Source: an uncultured Planctomycetaceae bacterium (lineage in GTDB: Bacteria; Planctomycetota; Planctomycetia; Planctomycetales; Planctomycetaceae). Taken from it: a stretch of DNA of 64,000 nt. Below the pieces are notes generated by a model that searched no databases, was not told the origin of the DNA, and saw only the letters and a program-made list of their open reading frames with translations. Positions 22,506 through 33,492 of the stretch are shown here, in pieces. The translations under genes were made by a program, and so were the position numbers. Numbering within the stretch: position 1 is the first letter of the stretch; each line of letters begins with the position of its first letter. The stretch lies in contig CAWFAK010000012.1 of assembly GCA_963813715.1 (NCBI GenBank), forward strand, positions 224,001-288,000. The letters are read 5' to 3'.

Positions 22506-23300
22506 TCAGCGCGCCGCCCGGATGCTGCTGACCCACATCGCGACCACCAAGATCACCACACCCATCACGATGATTGGCAGAGCCATCATCAGCGGCAAAC
22601 CGGATAACATCCACAACGCGATCCCCAGGATCCACAGGTAGGCATAGTGCGGCGCCTGTCGGAGCGAGGAAGCGCGCATGAATAAATAAACAGGGATGGG
22701 GAGCAGCCACACCCAAAGTGGAATGGCGTGTCCCGCCCGGCGCACGCGGATGTAGTCCATCGCAAAGAACGCGAAGCTGAGAAAGAGGAAGAGAATCACC
22801 ACGATAGACATGTTCTCGAATGCTCTTTCCGTTGTTCGGGCATCCGCGATCGCCGAAAAAACTAGCGGCAAAAAGGCGAGCGGCAGCACAGACAGCACCC
22901 AAACCATGCCGTTGGGCACGCTCTGGCCGAGGAGGGGCGGCGGTGTGGCAGGACTCATCAGCACCGTTTGACCGGCTTCCTTCCATTCGTCCATGCCTTC
23001 GCACCAGACCAGCGTCTTCGGCTTCACCCGTCCCGTAGCGATTAGCGAAGACATTTCGGCAAAGCTGATCGGACCTTTGCGCGCCCCATCCGCGGCATAG
23101 TGCCACTGTTTCTCGGCCGCGAGGGGCGGAGGCGCGCTCGGGCGAGAGGGCGGCTCGACGGGCGCCAATTCGATCGCCGCGGCGGGTTGCCCGTCGATGA
23201 CGAACTTGTGGCCGCAGCCGCCACACTTAGCGGTCTTCCCCACATATTCTTCCGGCGCCCGCATCTTGCTGTCGCACTGCGGACACGAAACGGTCAGCAT
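22506..23300 (-). CDS. Zinc-ribbon + GYF_2 (DUF4339) membrane protein
   Basis: CPQC...CGGC; 'WHYA..G...GP.S..E...LI..G.V...TLVW.EGM.EW..A'; C-terminal TM helices. Confidence 0.85.
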   Translation of the reverse strand: MLTVSCPQCDSKMRAPEEYVGKTAKCGGCGHKFVIDGQPAAAIELAPVEPPSRPSAPPPLAAEKQWHYAADGARKGPISFAEMSSLIATGRVKPKTLVWCEGMDEWKEAGQTVLMSPATPPPLLGQSVPNGMVWVLSVLPLAFLPLVFSAIADARTTERAFENMSIVVILFLFLSFAFFAMDYIRVRRAGHAIPLWVWLLPIPVYLFMRASSLRQAPHYAYLWILGIALWMLSGLPLMMALPIIVMGVVILVVAMWVSSIRAAR

Positions 23301-23422
23301 CGGCGGCCCTCCCTCACGAATCGGAAAATCGCCACCAGCTTGCCGAATTCGACCGCCGGAAGCAAGAAGTTCTCGCCGCCGGATTCCCAAAATCTCGGCG
23401 GACGCGATCGCTCGTCGGGCCC

Positions 23423-23515
23423 CTATTTCAACGACTCGGTGCCGGCCGCACCCGGGGCGATTTGGCGCTTCTCCAGTCGGCGACCGCAGTCTCCGTACTG
23501 CTGGTCGTCGGCGGT
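23423..23515 (-). pseudogene. Relic copy of the 3' end of the SGNH/TPR gene at 25087
   Basis: Encodes DDQQYGDCGRRLEKRQIAPGAAGTESLK*, compared with DAQQYDEWSRRLERVQISPGQAGTESLK* at 25087-25175. Confidence 0.75.
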
Positions 23516-23597
23516 CTGAGCCTCGAACACTTCCGCGCGAATCTGGCCGTTGCTCAAGGCCGCGATTGAAACGGGCGCATCCGTTCCGGCAGCGGGC

Positions 23598-24887
23598 TCA
23601 CTCCACGTGATGGACGGTTCGACTCTCGCCGGTGCGCAGCTTGGCCCCGCAGGCGGGACATTCAAAGTGCCGGTCGGCGCCGTGCGGATCGAAGTCGACC
23701 GCGACGGACTTTCCGCACTTCGGGCACTTGTGGGCGACGTGCTCGAGATGCGGCTGCCGGGCCTCCAGCAAGGGAGCGTCCTCTGAGGCAGCCAACGGGT
23801 AGGTCGGTTCCTCCGCAGCAGCGGTCAGGGCCGGTTGTTGGCCGGGATTTGCCGGCGATTTATCAAACAGCGCCTCGAGAAACTTGGGGAAGCCGCCGAC
23901 ATAGGTCCCCTTGAACTCCTTCATCACCTCCTTGAGCGCGACGGCCTGGACGCCCAGGACGTTCGCGACGGCCTGCAGTTCGATCTGCCGCGCCTTCGCC
24001 TCCTGTTCGGACTGCGCGGGCAAGAGGTGCGAGCGGAAAAGACGGTCGAGCGCTTGCTGCAGCTCCGGCGGCAACCGAACTTCCTGGATCTCGACGCGAT
24101 CGATCTTCAGGCCATACTCGGCAACCTTCGGGTCGAGCATGTGCAAGATTGCGTGGGCGAGGTTCTCCGGGTTCGCTGCGTTGGGCCCGTCGGGCACAGC
24201 CTGGTGCTTGGACAGAGAGAGCGAAGAATGCGGGCCGTGCGCGTTCCCGTCCGACCCGTCGGCCCCACTGTGATCGATGCTGTGATCGATGTGGATGTAC
24301 TTCGCGGCGTTCTTGGAGACGACCATGGCCGTCGTCGACTGAGAGACGAGCTTGCGAATGCAACTCTCCGCGAGCGTCAACACCCAGCGTTCGGCCGCGT
24401 CTCTTGGCCCTTGAGGGCTCGCGGCCGCGTCGGCGGAAAGGTCGTCGTCCGCGCGATTGTTGTCGGCAACACGCACTTCCCGGTCGATGACGTAGTAGTA
24501 TTTTTCAAGATTGGCAATCCGCCACCAGAAGGCGACCTTGAGGTAGAGCTGAGTCGACTCCCGGGTGAGGACATTCGCGTCCTCAAACTGCGCGAGCCTG
24601 AGCGTCAGCGGCACGCGAATCCTCAGCTCCTCTCCAAAGAGCGGAAAAATGAACTGCGTCCCGCCGCCGGCCTGGGGGCCGTAGATGACATCGCTCACCT
24701 GCTTGTTCTTGAGCAGCACGATCCCTTCATTGGCTTCCCAAAGAATTAATTTGACCAGGCCGCCCAGCAGATCGACTTCCTTCTGCTTTCCCCGAATGGC
24801 GAAGGGCTTGGCCAGCAGGAGTTGGAGGGCGAAATAGACGACGGCGAGCACCAGCAGAGCAAGCACCAGGTAGAGAATTGTTGTCAT
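23598..24887 (-). CDS. SPFH/Band 7 domain protein with C-terminal zinc ribbon
   Basis: N-terminal TM; 'VLTRE...L...VAF.WRI', 'YGL.IDRVEIQEV.LPPELQQA'; C-terminal CPKC...CPAC. Confidence 0.85.
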   Translation of the reverse strand: MTTILYLVLALLVLAVVYFALQLLLAKPFAIRGKQKEVDLLGGLVKLILWEANEGIVLLKNKQVSDVIYGPQAGGGTQFIFPLFGEELRIRVPLTLRLAQFEDANVLTRESTQLYLKVAFWWRIANLEKYYYVIDREVRVADNNRADDDLSADAAASPQGPRDAAERWVLTLAESCIRKLVSQSTTAMVVSKNAAKYIHIDHSIDHSGADGSDGNAHGPHSSLSLSKHQAVPDGPNAANPENLAHAILHMLDPKVAEYGLKIDRVEIQEVRLPPELQQALDRLFRSHLLPAQSEQEAKARQIELQAVANVLGVQAVALKEVMKEFKGTYVGGFPKFLEALFDKSPANPGQQPALTAAAEEPTYPLAASEDAPLLEARQPHLEHVAHKCPKCGKSVAVDFDPHGADRHFECPACGAKLRTGESRTVHHVE

Positions 24888-25086
24888 GCTTCGAGCTTTC
24901 GGTCGCGCTGCTCAGCCTGCGGATCAGTTAGGGGCAAGTCGTTCGGGGCGATTCGACGGCCGGAATTAGGGGATTGGCTGGCCCGGTCCCCAATGTCGAG
25001 CGTACACCCCCCGGATTGCCGGAATCAATCGGCGAATTCGCAGCCCGTCCCCGATTCCAACGTATGCCGAACCCCGTCGGTTCACG

Positions 25087-27019
25087 CTATTTCAGGGATT
25101 CGGTGCCGGCTTGGCCCGGGCTGATTTGCACCCTCTCGAGCCGGCGGCTCCACTCGTCGTACTGCTGGGCGTCGCGCGTGAGTCGCCCGCTCTCGAAGCG
25201 GAGCCGCGTCATCCAGCGGTCGGCCTCGGCCGTGCGGTGATAGGCGAGTGCCAGGTCTTTCGCGAGTAAAGCCGGCTGAGGCGATCGCTGAGGCGAAATC
25301 GGTGTGGGCCGGGGCTTGCGGCGGGCCGACTTGTTGCAGCCAGGGCTTGTCGGATCCGAGCCGCTCGATGGCGGCCATCCCCAGGTGGTAGTACGCGCGG
25401 AGGTTCGGATGCACGTAATCCAAGAACACCGAGCGGTCGAGGATTCCGGCTTTGGTGTGCGGTCGCAGGACGTCATCGGCGTCGAGGAACGGGATCTCGT
25501 ATCGGCCGGCCACGGCGGCGACCATTTGCCGCCAGGGTGCGGTCATCCGCACCGGCAGGCCGTCGGATTCGAGGGCCCGGCTGTAGCAGAGCGCGGCTTC
25601 GGCCCGCTTCCCCTCATGCATCAAGCACTCGGCCAGTTGAAAGTCGAACTCGGCGAAACCGGGATAACGCAAGACGGCATCGCGATACTTGTCGACTGCT
25701 TCGTGCCAGCGGCCCGCGTCCTGGAGTGAACGGCCTTCCTGGGCCAGCGACTCGATCTGCGCCCGCTGAAACACAGTCGCCGGAGGGTTCAACCACGAAC
25801 GATTCGGAGCATAATCGGCTTCGCTGCCCGCCGGCACGAACCACAGCTCGTCGATTTTCAGCCGCTCGCACCAACTGGCAAGCTGCTCCAATTGCCCCCC
25901 GAAGCGCGCGAGCCGCTTTTCGCAGGCTTCGGGTGACGCGATCGGCCGATCGACCAGCGAGCGAGCGCCCTGGGCTTCGAGTTCCTGCACGCCAATGTGT
26001 CGCGAGATGCGTTGGTCGAGCATGCGAAAAAGGGGCGACCATTCGAGCAGCCCGTCAAATCGCTCCCACGGCGTGTCGAGATCGGTCGCCAGCTCTTCGA
26101 CGTCGTAAAAGAACTCGTTGTGGCCGCTGTAGAGCAGCAACAACTGGGGCCGCACGGTCAGCGTGTTGAGCCGCTTTAGGGCCGTGCGCAGATTCAGGCC
26201 GACCGCGGAAAGATCGTCGAGCACGACCTTGCGATTCGGGTACATCTGCTCGAGCTGCCAGCCGACGACTTTCGGAATGCCGAACTTCCTGTAGGGAAAG
26301 CCGGCCATCGTCGATTCGCCGACGAAGGCGACATGCAGCTCGTTCGGCGGCGGCAGCGGGAGATTGGCGGGCAGCGCCAACCGGTCGGGATTATCGAGCA
26401 CGCGCGCGAAGAGCGCGGCACTCGGCTCGGCCAGCAGGAGAAAGACGAGCGAGGAGAACCACAGCTTGCCGAGCGTCGATACCTGTGTCGCCGGCGCGCG
26501 CCGACGCGTCGACACGTGCCAAATGACGACCGGGATTCCGAGCAGCACGAACAGCCACATCGAAAGGATCGCGATCCGCAGCCCCAACACCAACCCGTGG
26601 ATCGCGGCCACATTGAGCAGATCTTCGGCCGAAAGGTACGCCAGTCCGGCCAGCTCAACGTTCGCCAGCGCGAACACCGACCAACCGCCGCGTGAGCGGG
26701 GCCGGCCTGCGAGGACGAGCAACAGCGGCATCGCGGCGAGCTGAGTGCCCAGCACGTAGAGGTACCAGTCCGCATGCACGAGCGAGCAATACGCCTGCAG
26801 GCGGAGGGGCGTCCAGATCAGGGGCAACGTCGCCAGCGTGACGGCGAGGGCCAGACCGACGCTGAGCCAAGCGGCCAGATCTTTGCCGCCCACCGGCTCA
26901 TCAGGTCGATCAGTCGAGCTGGGCGGCGGCTCTCCGCTTGTGGGAGTCGAGCCGACAAGCGGCTCTCCGGTTGGCGTGCTCGAGCCGACAAGCGGCTCTC
27001 GCTGTTGAGCCGAACTCAT
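25087..27019 (-). CDS. Membrane protein with SGNH/GDSL-hydrolase-like and TPR domains; frameshift near 25260
   Basis: About five TMs, 'FVGEST.AG.PY', 'LYSGHNEF', TPR, 'FLDYVHP'. Confidence 0.85.
26925..27003 (-). repeat. 33-bp coding tandem repeat (EPLVGS..)
   Basis: EPLVGSSTPTG/EPLVGSTPTSG/EPP; TCGAGCCGACAAGCGGCTCTC occurs twice. Confidence 0.8.
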
Positions 27020-27211
27020 GCGCGCGGACGCAAGCAGAGGATCGAAACGGGGCGCGGAAAAGGTCTGACCTCACTCTACTCCCGCGAGCGCGCGGCGGGC
27101 AAGCTGCGAGTCGAATCGCCGCCGTTCGAAAACGAAAACGGGGACGAATAATCGTCCCCGCCATTCGCTGTGCGGGAGCGGCCGCACAGAACGATCGAAG
27201 TCACGCCGAGA

Positions 27212-27382
27212 TTACGTCAAGGCGTTCTTGACGGCGTTGAACTTGTTGTTCGCGTTCGTACCGACCGCCTGGATGGCCGTCAGACAGACCACGACGATCA
27301 GAGCGAGCATGACAGCATACTCGACCGCGGTGGGACCATCTTCCGAAACCACGAACCGCTTCACGCTGTGCAAGAGACTCAT
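27212..27382 (-). CDS. flp: Flp/Fap family type IVb/IVc pilin (56 aa; not in ORF track)
   Basis: MSLLHSVKRFVVSEDG|PTAVEYAVMLALIVVVCLTAIQAVGTNANNKFNAVKNALT*: Flp motif G-x4-EY plus hydrophobic helix; AAAGGG RBS-like sequence. Confidence 0.92.
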   Translation of the reverse strand: MSLLHSVKRFVVSEDGPTAVEYAVMLALIVVVCLTAIQAVGTNANNKFNAVKNALT

Positions 27383-27816
27383 GAGTTGACCCTTTCTATA
27401 GAGATTTTTGTTGAATCCGTCCGTTGCGAAGTGTGTCGCACGACTCGCGTGCTGAACATGACAAACCTAGGTTCGTGGGTCGGCGAGTCAAACCGTTTTT
27501 GAAAAAAACGCAATGTTCTTGACCGTTGCCATTTGGCATCACCTCGGCACGATCGGACCTCACGCGAACAGCTAAAAACCAGCGGAAAACAGCCAAAACC
27601 GCGGGAAACGGGGAGCCGGGGCCGTGCGCACACGGGCGACGCGCTGGCCCGCGTTGACCGGGCGTCTCGAAGCAAGAAGAGCGGGCTGCGATCCTCGCGG
27701 GGCCGCTCCGTCGCCACCGCCGATCGAGCCGCCCGGCCGCAGAAATGATTGACCCCATCACAGCGGCTACAGATAATTGAAACCAAGGGGAGTTCTCGCA
27801 TCCGAAGGGGCACGGA

Positions 27817-29349
27817 ATGCAGCGCAAACTTCTGGGCATGTTTCTGGCCTGCGGTCTGTCGGCCGCGGCCTTTGTTTCCTCACCGGACACGTCGCGAGCC
27901 GACCACCGGCACTCCACGCGGGGCCCGGTCGCTCCGGTCCGCGCGCCGTATTACCGGCGCTACGCGGGACCGCCGCCGGCTCGGCACGGTTCGCCGTATT
28001 ACGCCGTGGCCAACAGCCGGATCTTCGGACCACCCGCGGCTTACGTGCCTTACGGAGCGCCGGTCGCCGGCGGCTACGCGTATCCGTACGTGAATGCGTC
28101 GGGCTACTACCCGGCCGCCTATCCCGGAATTTTCGCGGGCGAGCCGTTCGCCAGCTCCTGGCCGCCCGTCTGGGGAGATTGGAATCCGTATTCCAATCCG
28201 CTGCTGCAGGCCACGATGCTGGAGAACCAGCTTCGCTGGGGAACCGCGCTGCCGCCCGGCTATCCGGAGCAGCGGACGCGAACACGAGTGCACGTCTCGT
28301 CGCCCGAGCAACAGGCCAAGAGCCTCCGCGCGCAGGCCCAGGGCGACGTCTGGATGAAGAAGCTTCGCTTCCTCAACGCCTACGAGCGCTACAAGGTGGC
28401 CCAGTCGGCCGCCAGCGATCGTCCCGAACCGTATTTTCGCCTCGGCTTCTCGCTGGCCTCGGTCGGCAACTTCGACTCGGCCGTCAAGTACATCAAGCAA
28501 GGGCTCGATCTCGATCCCCGCTGGCCGGCCCACGGCGACAGGCTCGACACGCTCTTCGGCGAGGACAATCGCCTCTCTGTTTTGACGATGATCGAGCGCG
28601 TCGGCGGCTGGGTGCGCGAAGACATTCGCGATCCCGATCGTCTGTTCTTGATGGGCGTCATCCTGCACTTCGACGGCGATACCCGCGCCAGCGAATTCTT
28701 CGAGGCCGCCTTCCGCCTGGCCGGATATGGGGACCACCTGCTGGCGTTTCTGCACCCGGCCGCCGGGCCTGGACCGGCGGAGAATTCTCCCGGACCGGTT
28801 TGGAATGGACCGGGCGGACAGAATCCCAACGGGCCCGCCGGTCCTGACGGAGCGGGGATGGCCAACGGCAGCCCGCCTCCGGGACCGCGCGAACCACGCG
28901 AGATGGCACCGCCCCAAATGGTCGCGCCTCCTGATTTCGGACCGCCGGGCGAGCCGCAAGGCCTGTTCTCGCAGCCGCGACAAGTTCCCCGCGGACTGTA
29001 TCAACCGCTGCCGCAGTCACGTCGTCCGCGCAGCCCGTGGAACGGCAACGTGCCTCAGCCGCCGCAGGTTCCGCCGCCCGGAACCGCCCAGCCGAGCGGG
29101 CCGGCGCAGCCGACTGACCCGAACGTTCCGCCGCAAGTCGGACCGCCGTCGACGCCCGCGCCGAGTGCTCCGCGGCAGAACGCGCAGCCGACGACGCCCG
29201 CGCTGCCACTGCCGCCGTTGCCCGCCCCGGAAGATCCATCAGCGGAGGGGCAACCCGGTTCACCCGGCGCCCCGCCCAGCGACGGACCGGCCCTCGGCCC
29301 CCCGACAGCCGGCAGCGTCGGTGGCAGCACGACGGCGCAGTCGCCCTGA
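27817..29349 (+). CDS. Exported TPR-containing protein with Pro-rich C-terminus
   Basis: Signal peptide, Tyr/Pro-rich segment, TPR-like core, long Pro/Gly tail. Confidence 0.8.
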   Translation: MQRKLLGMFLACGLSAAAFVSSPDTSRADHRHSTRGPVAPVRAPYYRRYAGPPPARHGSPYYAVANSRIFGPPAAYVPYGAPVAGGYAYPYVNASGYYPAAYPGIFAGEPFASSWPPVWGDWNPYSNPLLQATMLENQLRWGTALPPGYPEQRTRTRVHVSSPEQQAKSLRAQAQGDVWMKKLRFLNAYERYKVAQSAASDRPEPYFRLGFSLASVGNFDSAVKYIKQGLDLDPRWPAHGDRLDTLFGEDNRLSVLTMIERVGGWVREDIRDPDRLFLMGVILHFDGDTRASEFFEAAFRLAGYGDHLLAFLHPAAGPGPAENSPGPVWNGPGGQNPNGPAGPDGAGMANGSPPPGPREPREMAPPQMVAPPDFGPPGEPQGLFSQPRQVPRGLYQPLPQSRRPRSPWNGNVPQPPQVPPPGTAQPSGPAQPTDPNVPPQVGPPSTPAPSAPRQNAQPTTPALPLPPLPAPEDPSAEGQPGSPGAPPSDGPALGPPTAGSVGGSTTAQSP

Positions 29350-29355
29350 CCGCGA

Positions 29356-30118
<763 letters not shown>

Positions 30119-30197
30119 CCGCTCGGATTTGGATACTGACGGGCTTCGAAATCGATCGGCGATCCTGTTGGCGAATCGCCGCCGCTAGAATGACGAC

Positions 30198-30452
30198 ATG
30201 AGCCACGAGCCGAAGAAGCGGGACTGGCCGAAGTGGATGCTGCCCGCGTGCTGGACCTTTGCAGTCTTAGCGGCGTATCAGGGATCGCATTACGCCACGG
30301 CCGCGACAGTTCACTATCCTCGCGCCTGCTGTGCCTGCTGCTCGCACAAGATCGGCGGCAAACAAGTCCCCGAATGGGTCGACAACTATTTCTTTTGGCC
30401 CGCCCAGTGCCTCGACGACCTGATTGGCGTCGATCCATGGAGATGGCATTAA
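30198..30452 (+). CDS. Small hypothetical membrane/exported protein with CCxCC motif
   Basis: 84-aa ORF, one hydrophobic segment, 'WVDNYFFWPA..LD'. Confidence 0.5.
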   Translation: MSHEPKKRDWPKWMLPACWTFAVLAAYQGSHYATAATVHYPRACCACCSHKIGGKQVPEWVDNYFFWPAQCLDDLIGVDPWRWH

Positions 30453-30482
30453 ACGTCCGCGTCCAACATCAAGAACCCGGTT

Positions 30483-31616
30483 TCAAATGACGTCGCTGCT
30501 CGATATCGATTGCACCTTCGCCCCCGCGTTGAGCGGACGGGCGATTCGCGTGGGACACTGCTGCCAGCGGGGCTCGGCGTGGAGCTGGTCGCGGAGTGTT
30601 TCGGCAGCCGACTGATCGGGGCAACAGACGGCGAGCGTCGGGCCCCACGAAGTTTGGGCGATGCCCCGGCGACCGTGGCCGCGAATCCATTCCACGAGCG
30701 CGCCGGCTTCCGGCGTGGAGTAGGTCCCTCCCTGCACGGGCCGGAAGTAGTCGCCGTTGATGCGGCCGAACTCGAAGATCGCGTCGGCGAATCGATCGCA
30801 GTCGGCACCCTGCAGGGCCGGCAGCATTTCCTCCAGGGCCAGCCGGCGGAGGCGATCGGTCATCTCGCGGGACGTTGCCGGCAAACGGCCGAGCGCCTCG
30901 GACTCGGCCTTGCCCGAAAGTCCGGCCGCTTGACCCGGCGGGTTGACGAGCAGAAACCGCCAGTCGGCCGGGACGGCGACGCGAGCTTCGAGCCGGCCGA
31001 TCAGCTCTTCGCGCTCTTTGCCGGCATCGACCAAAAAACCGCCCTGGCCGAAGCCGTGAATGCCGATGGCCGAGCGCGCTCCGCGCCCCACGCGGCGGGC
31101 GAGCGTCACCGGGTCGATGTCGGGCTCTTTCGCCAACATCGCGAGGGCGGTGGCGACGGCCATCCCCAGCTGCGTGCCACTCCCCAAACCGTGGTGCGCG
31201 GGGATGGCCGACCACAGCTCCATTTCGCAGTGCAGCGGCGGCCGATTTCCGCGCGAGGCCCGCGTGCGATATTCGCGGATGAAACGCAGCGCCCGCGCTC
31301 CCAGCTCGCTCCACTTGTCGACGGGGGGACCGGCGAACGGATCGCCTGCGCCGGACTGGGTGGTTCGCTTCATATTGCAGCGGACCTCGTCCAGTCCCGA
31401 TTCGATCTTCAGCCGGCCGGGCGTCCCGGAGGGGCGAGCGCGGGCCTCGGGGTCGTGTCCGGAGGCAGCAAGCACGAAGGAGGGCGCATCGATCATCAGG
31501 CCGACGCCGCCGTAATTGGTCTCTCCCGAAAACGAGCGAGCCCCGTCGTGGGCGAAAAAGCCGAAGTGCAAGCGGGCTCCGGTCGAGATCAGAATGGTCG
31601 CGGACATCGCGGACAC
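30483..31616 (-). CDS. mptG: Beta-ribofuranosylaminobenzene 5'-phosphate synthase (GHMP kinase family)
   Basis: 'ARLHFGF', 'GGVGLMI', 'IPAHHGLGSGTQL', 'GRG.RSAIG..GF..GGF.VD.G', 'QTSWGPT'; near fae/mtd. Confidence 0.85.
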   Translation of the reverse strand: MSAMSATILISTGARLHFGFFAHDGARSFSGETNYGGVGLMIDAPSFVLAASGHDPEARARPSGTPGRLKIESGLDEVRCNMKRTTQSGAGDPFAGPPVDKWSELGARALRFIREYRTRASRGNRPPLHCEMELWSAIPAHHGLGSGTQLGMAVATALAMLAKEPDIDPVTLARRVGRGARSAIGIHGFGQGGFLVDAGKEREELIGRLEARVAVPADWRFLLVNPPGQAAGLSGKAESEALGRLPATSREMTDRLRRLALEEMLPALQGADCDRFADAIFEFGRINGDYFRPVQGGTYSTPEAGALVEWIRGHGRRGIAQTSWGPTLAVCCPDQSAAETLRDQLHAEPRWQQCPTRIARPLNAGAKVQSISSSDVI

Positions 31617-31624
31617 CTCGCCGG

Positions 31625-32203
31625 TCAGCCGTCCGTCGGCGCGGCGGGCGCCTCGCGGACGAAGCGCTCGAAGAGCGCGAACGCGTCAGACTCCGCCGGG
31701 CCGCCCGTTTTGGCGACCGCCGGCCGCAGCCGCTCGAACTCGGACAGAATTTCCGCGCGAGAAATCAACTGCACGCGCGTCGCCAGGATGGCCGCCTCCA
31801 CGACTGCGTGCTTGGCCCGATTGAATCCAAAAAAATCGCGTCGACGGCCCGCGTGAACCACTTGCGCTGAGAGCTCGGCCCGGGGTTGCGAGTCGTCGCA
31901 TTCGCGGACCTCGAACTCGTACCAGCGGCAGCAGTCGGCCAGCACGGCCCCCGAGATTTTTTCGGCAGGCACAGTCGGCGGCGTCTCGGCAAGCAGTCCC
32001 ACCGCCGAGCGGGCCAAGAGCAGCACGTCATCGACGACGTGAAACACGCCGCACGCCGAGCGCTTGAGATTGGCGTATGTCTGCGACGTTTGAAACGGAC
32101 GCAGCCGGAGCTTCGTCAGAGACTCATCGACAATCGGCCCCATCGGGGCGACATGCACGGCTCCGCCCGGGTCGAGTGTGGTGACGAGGCCCTCGAGGAT
32201 CAT
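31625..32203 (-). CDS. DUF447 family protein (H4MPT-cluster associated)
   Basis: 'ILEGLVTT...G..H.APMG......LRPF.TSQT..NL', 'GFNRA..AVVEAAILATR'. Confidence 0.88.
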   Translation of the reverse strand: MILEGLVTTLDPGGAVHVAPMGPIVDESLTKLRLRPFQTSQTYANLKRSACGVFHVVDDVLLLARSAVGLLAETPPTVPAEKISGAVLADCCRWYEFEVRECDDSQPRAELSAQVVHAGRRRDFFGFNRAKHAVVEAAILATRVQLISRAEILSEFERLRPAVAKTGGPAESDAFALFERFVREAPAAPTDG

Positions 32204-32241
32204 GCCTGCAGTTTAGAGAGCCATTCCCAGCCCCAAAAGGC

Positions 32242-33160
32242 TTAGCGATCTTCCTTGATTCTGGACGGCAAGCTCCCGCTTCGGGGCTGGGCCTCGGTTG
32301 AGTTCCCGCCTGCTAGTCCCGTCAAAACTTCTTTCAACCCGATTCGCCCTTTTCGTCTCCTCGTTTCGTCCTGCTCGAATTCGATCCATGCCTGGTTGAA
32401 GCCGTCGAGCATTTGGATGCGCGGCCCCGGATATTTCATACCCTGCGACTTGAAAAGCTGTTCCCACGTTTGGCGAGGAACAGTCTTGGCCTGAACGGGG
32501 TGGCTGAAGATTTCGGCGAACGTCGCGGCAATCTGGTTCGGAGTCACGCGAGTCGCCCCTTCGAGTTCGACAATCCGCCGGCCGGTCCAGGTTTCCTGGA
32601 GCAGCTCCGCGGCAACACGTCCGACATCGGCCGTCGCAACCATTGGCACTGGTTTATCGAGCGGCTGCAAAAAGCTGGAGATCACACCGGTATCACGGGC
32701 CGGTGCGACGTCCCAGGACGCATTTTCCATGAACCAGGCAGGTCGTAGGAAACACACCGGCATCGGCAGGGCGCCCAGCGACTGCTCCATCAAACCGAGC
32801 TGACTGAGCAGATTCGGCTGCGTTGCCTGCGCCGATCGTCGAGAGACAGACGACTTTGGGTGGCTTCGCGGCCTCGATCGCCGTCGTCACGGTGGTGATG
32901 ATGGCTTTGGCCTCGGGGAAGCCCGGCGTCGGGTCGAAGTTCGAGGGGAGCAGCACGAACACTCCGCTCACGCCGGTGAAGGCGGCGGTCAGCGCTGGGG
33001 CGTCATTGATGTCGGCAACGGCAACCTCGCAGCCGCGCTGCTTCCAGGCGGCGCCCTTGGCGGCGTCGCGCACGACGGCGCGAACGGACAGGCCAGCATT
33101 TTGTAGAGTGCGTCCGGTGACGCCGCCGACCCGCCCGGTAATTCCAGTAACTGCATACAT
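32242..33160 (-). CDS. NmrA family NAD(P)-binding protein; frameshift near 32825
   Basis: 'AVTGITGRVGG', 'VRAVVRD..K', 'LSTIGA', 'LRPAWFMEN', 'MVATADVG'. Confidence 0.9.
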
Positions 33161-33492
33161 GTTCGGTCTCCATTACTAACCGATCAGAAGTGCAGGATGT
33201 TTCAGCAGATCGCCAGGTGCCCTTCGATCTTATCCGGTGGGCGGAGGGGCGCTCCGCCTTTCGGAAGCCTCCGATGGGAATCTTCGGCGACGAGGTTGGT
33301 TGCGTCGAGTGGCATTTTGAGTTCAAAGCCGCGTGTCCTTTCATGACTCTCGTGGCCATGAAAATTCCCCGGCTTCCGCGGGGCGGAGGGCCCCGGCCAC
33401 TCCGGCGAAGACCGCCGGCGCGGACGCAATGCGGGGCGCGAGAGGAAGAGCGGGACGGACGCGCGAACGGTTGCGAGCGCCGCGAGCGCGGG

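Noticed and set aside
27383..27540. Riboswitch (e.g. c-di-GMP) upstream of flp
   Set aside because: No consensus motif could be identified by eye; would need an Rfam/Infernal search
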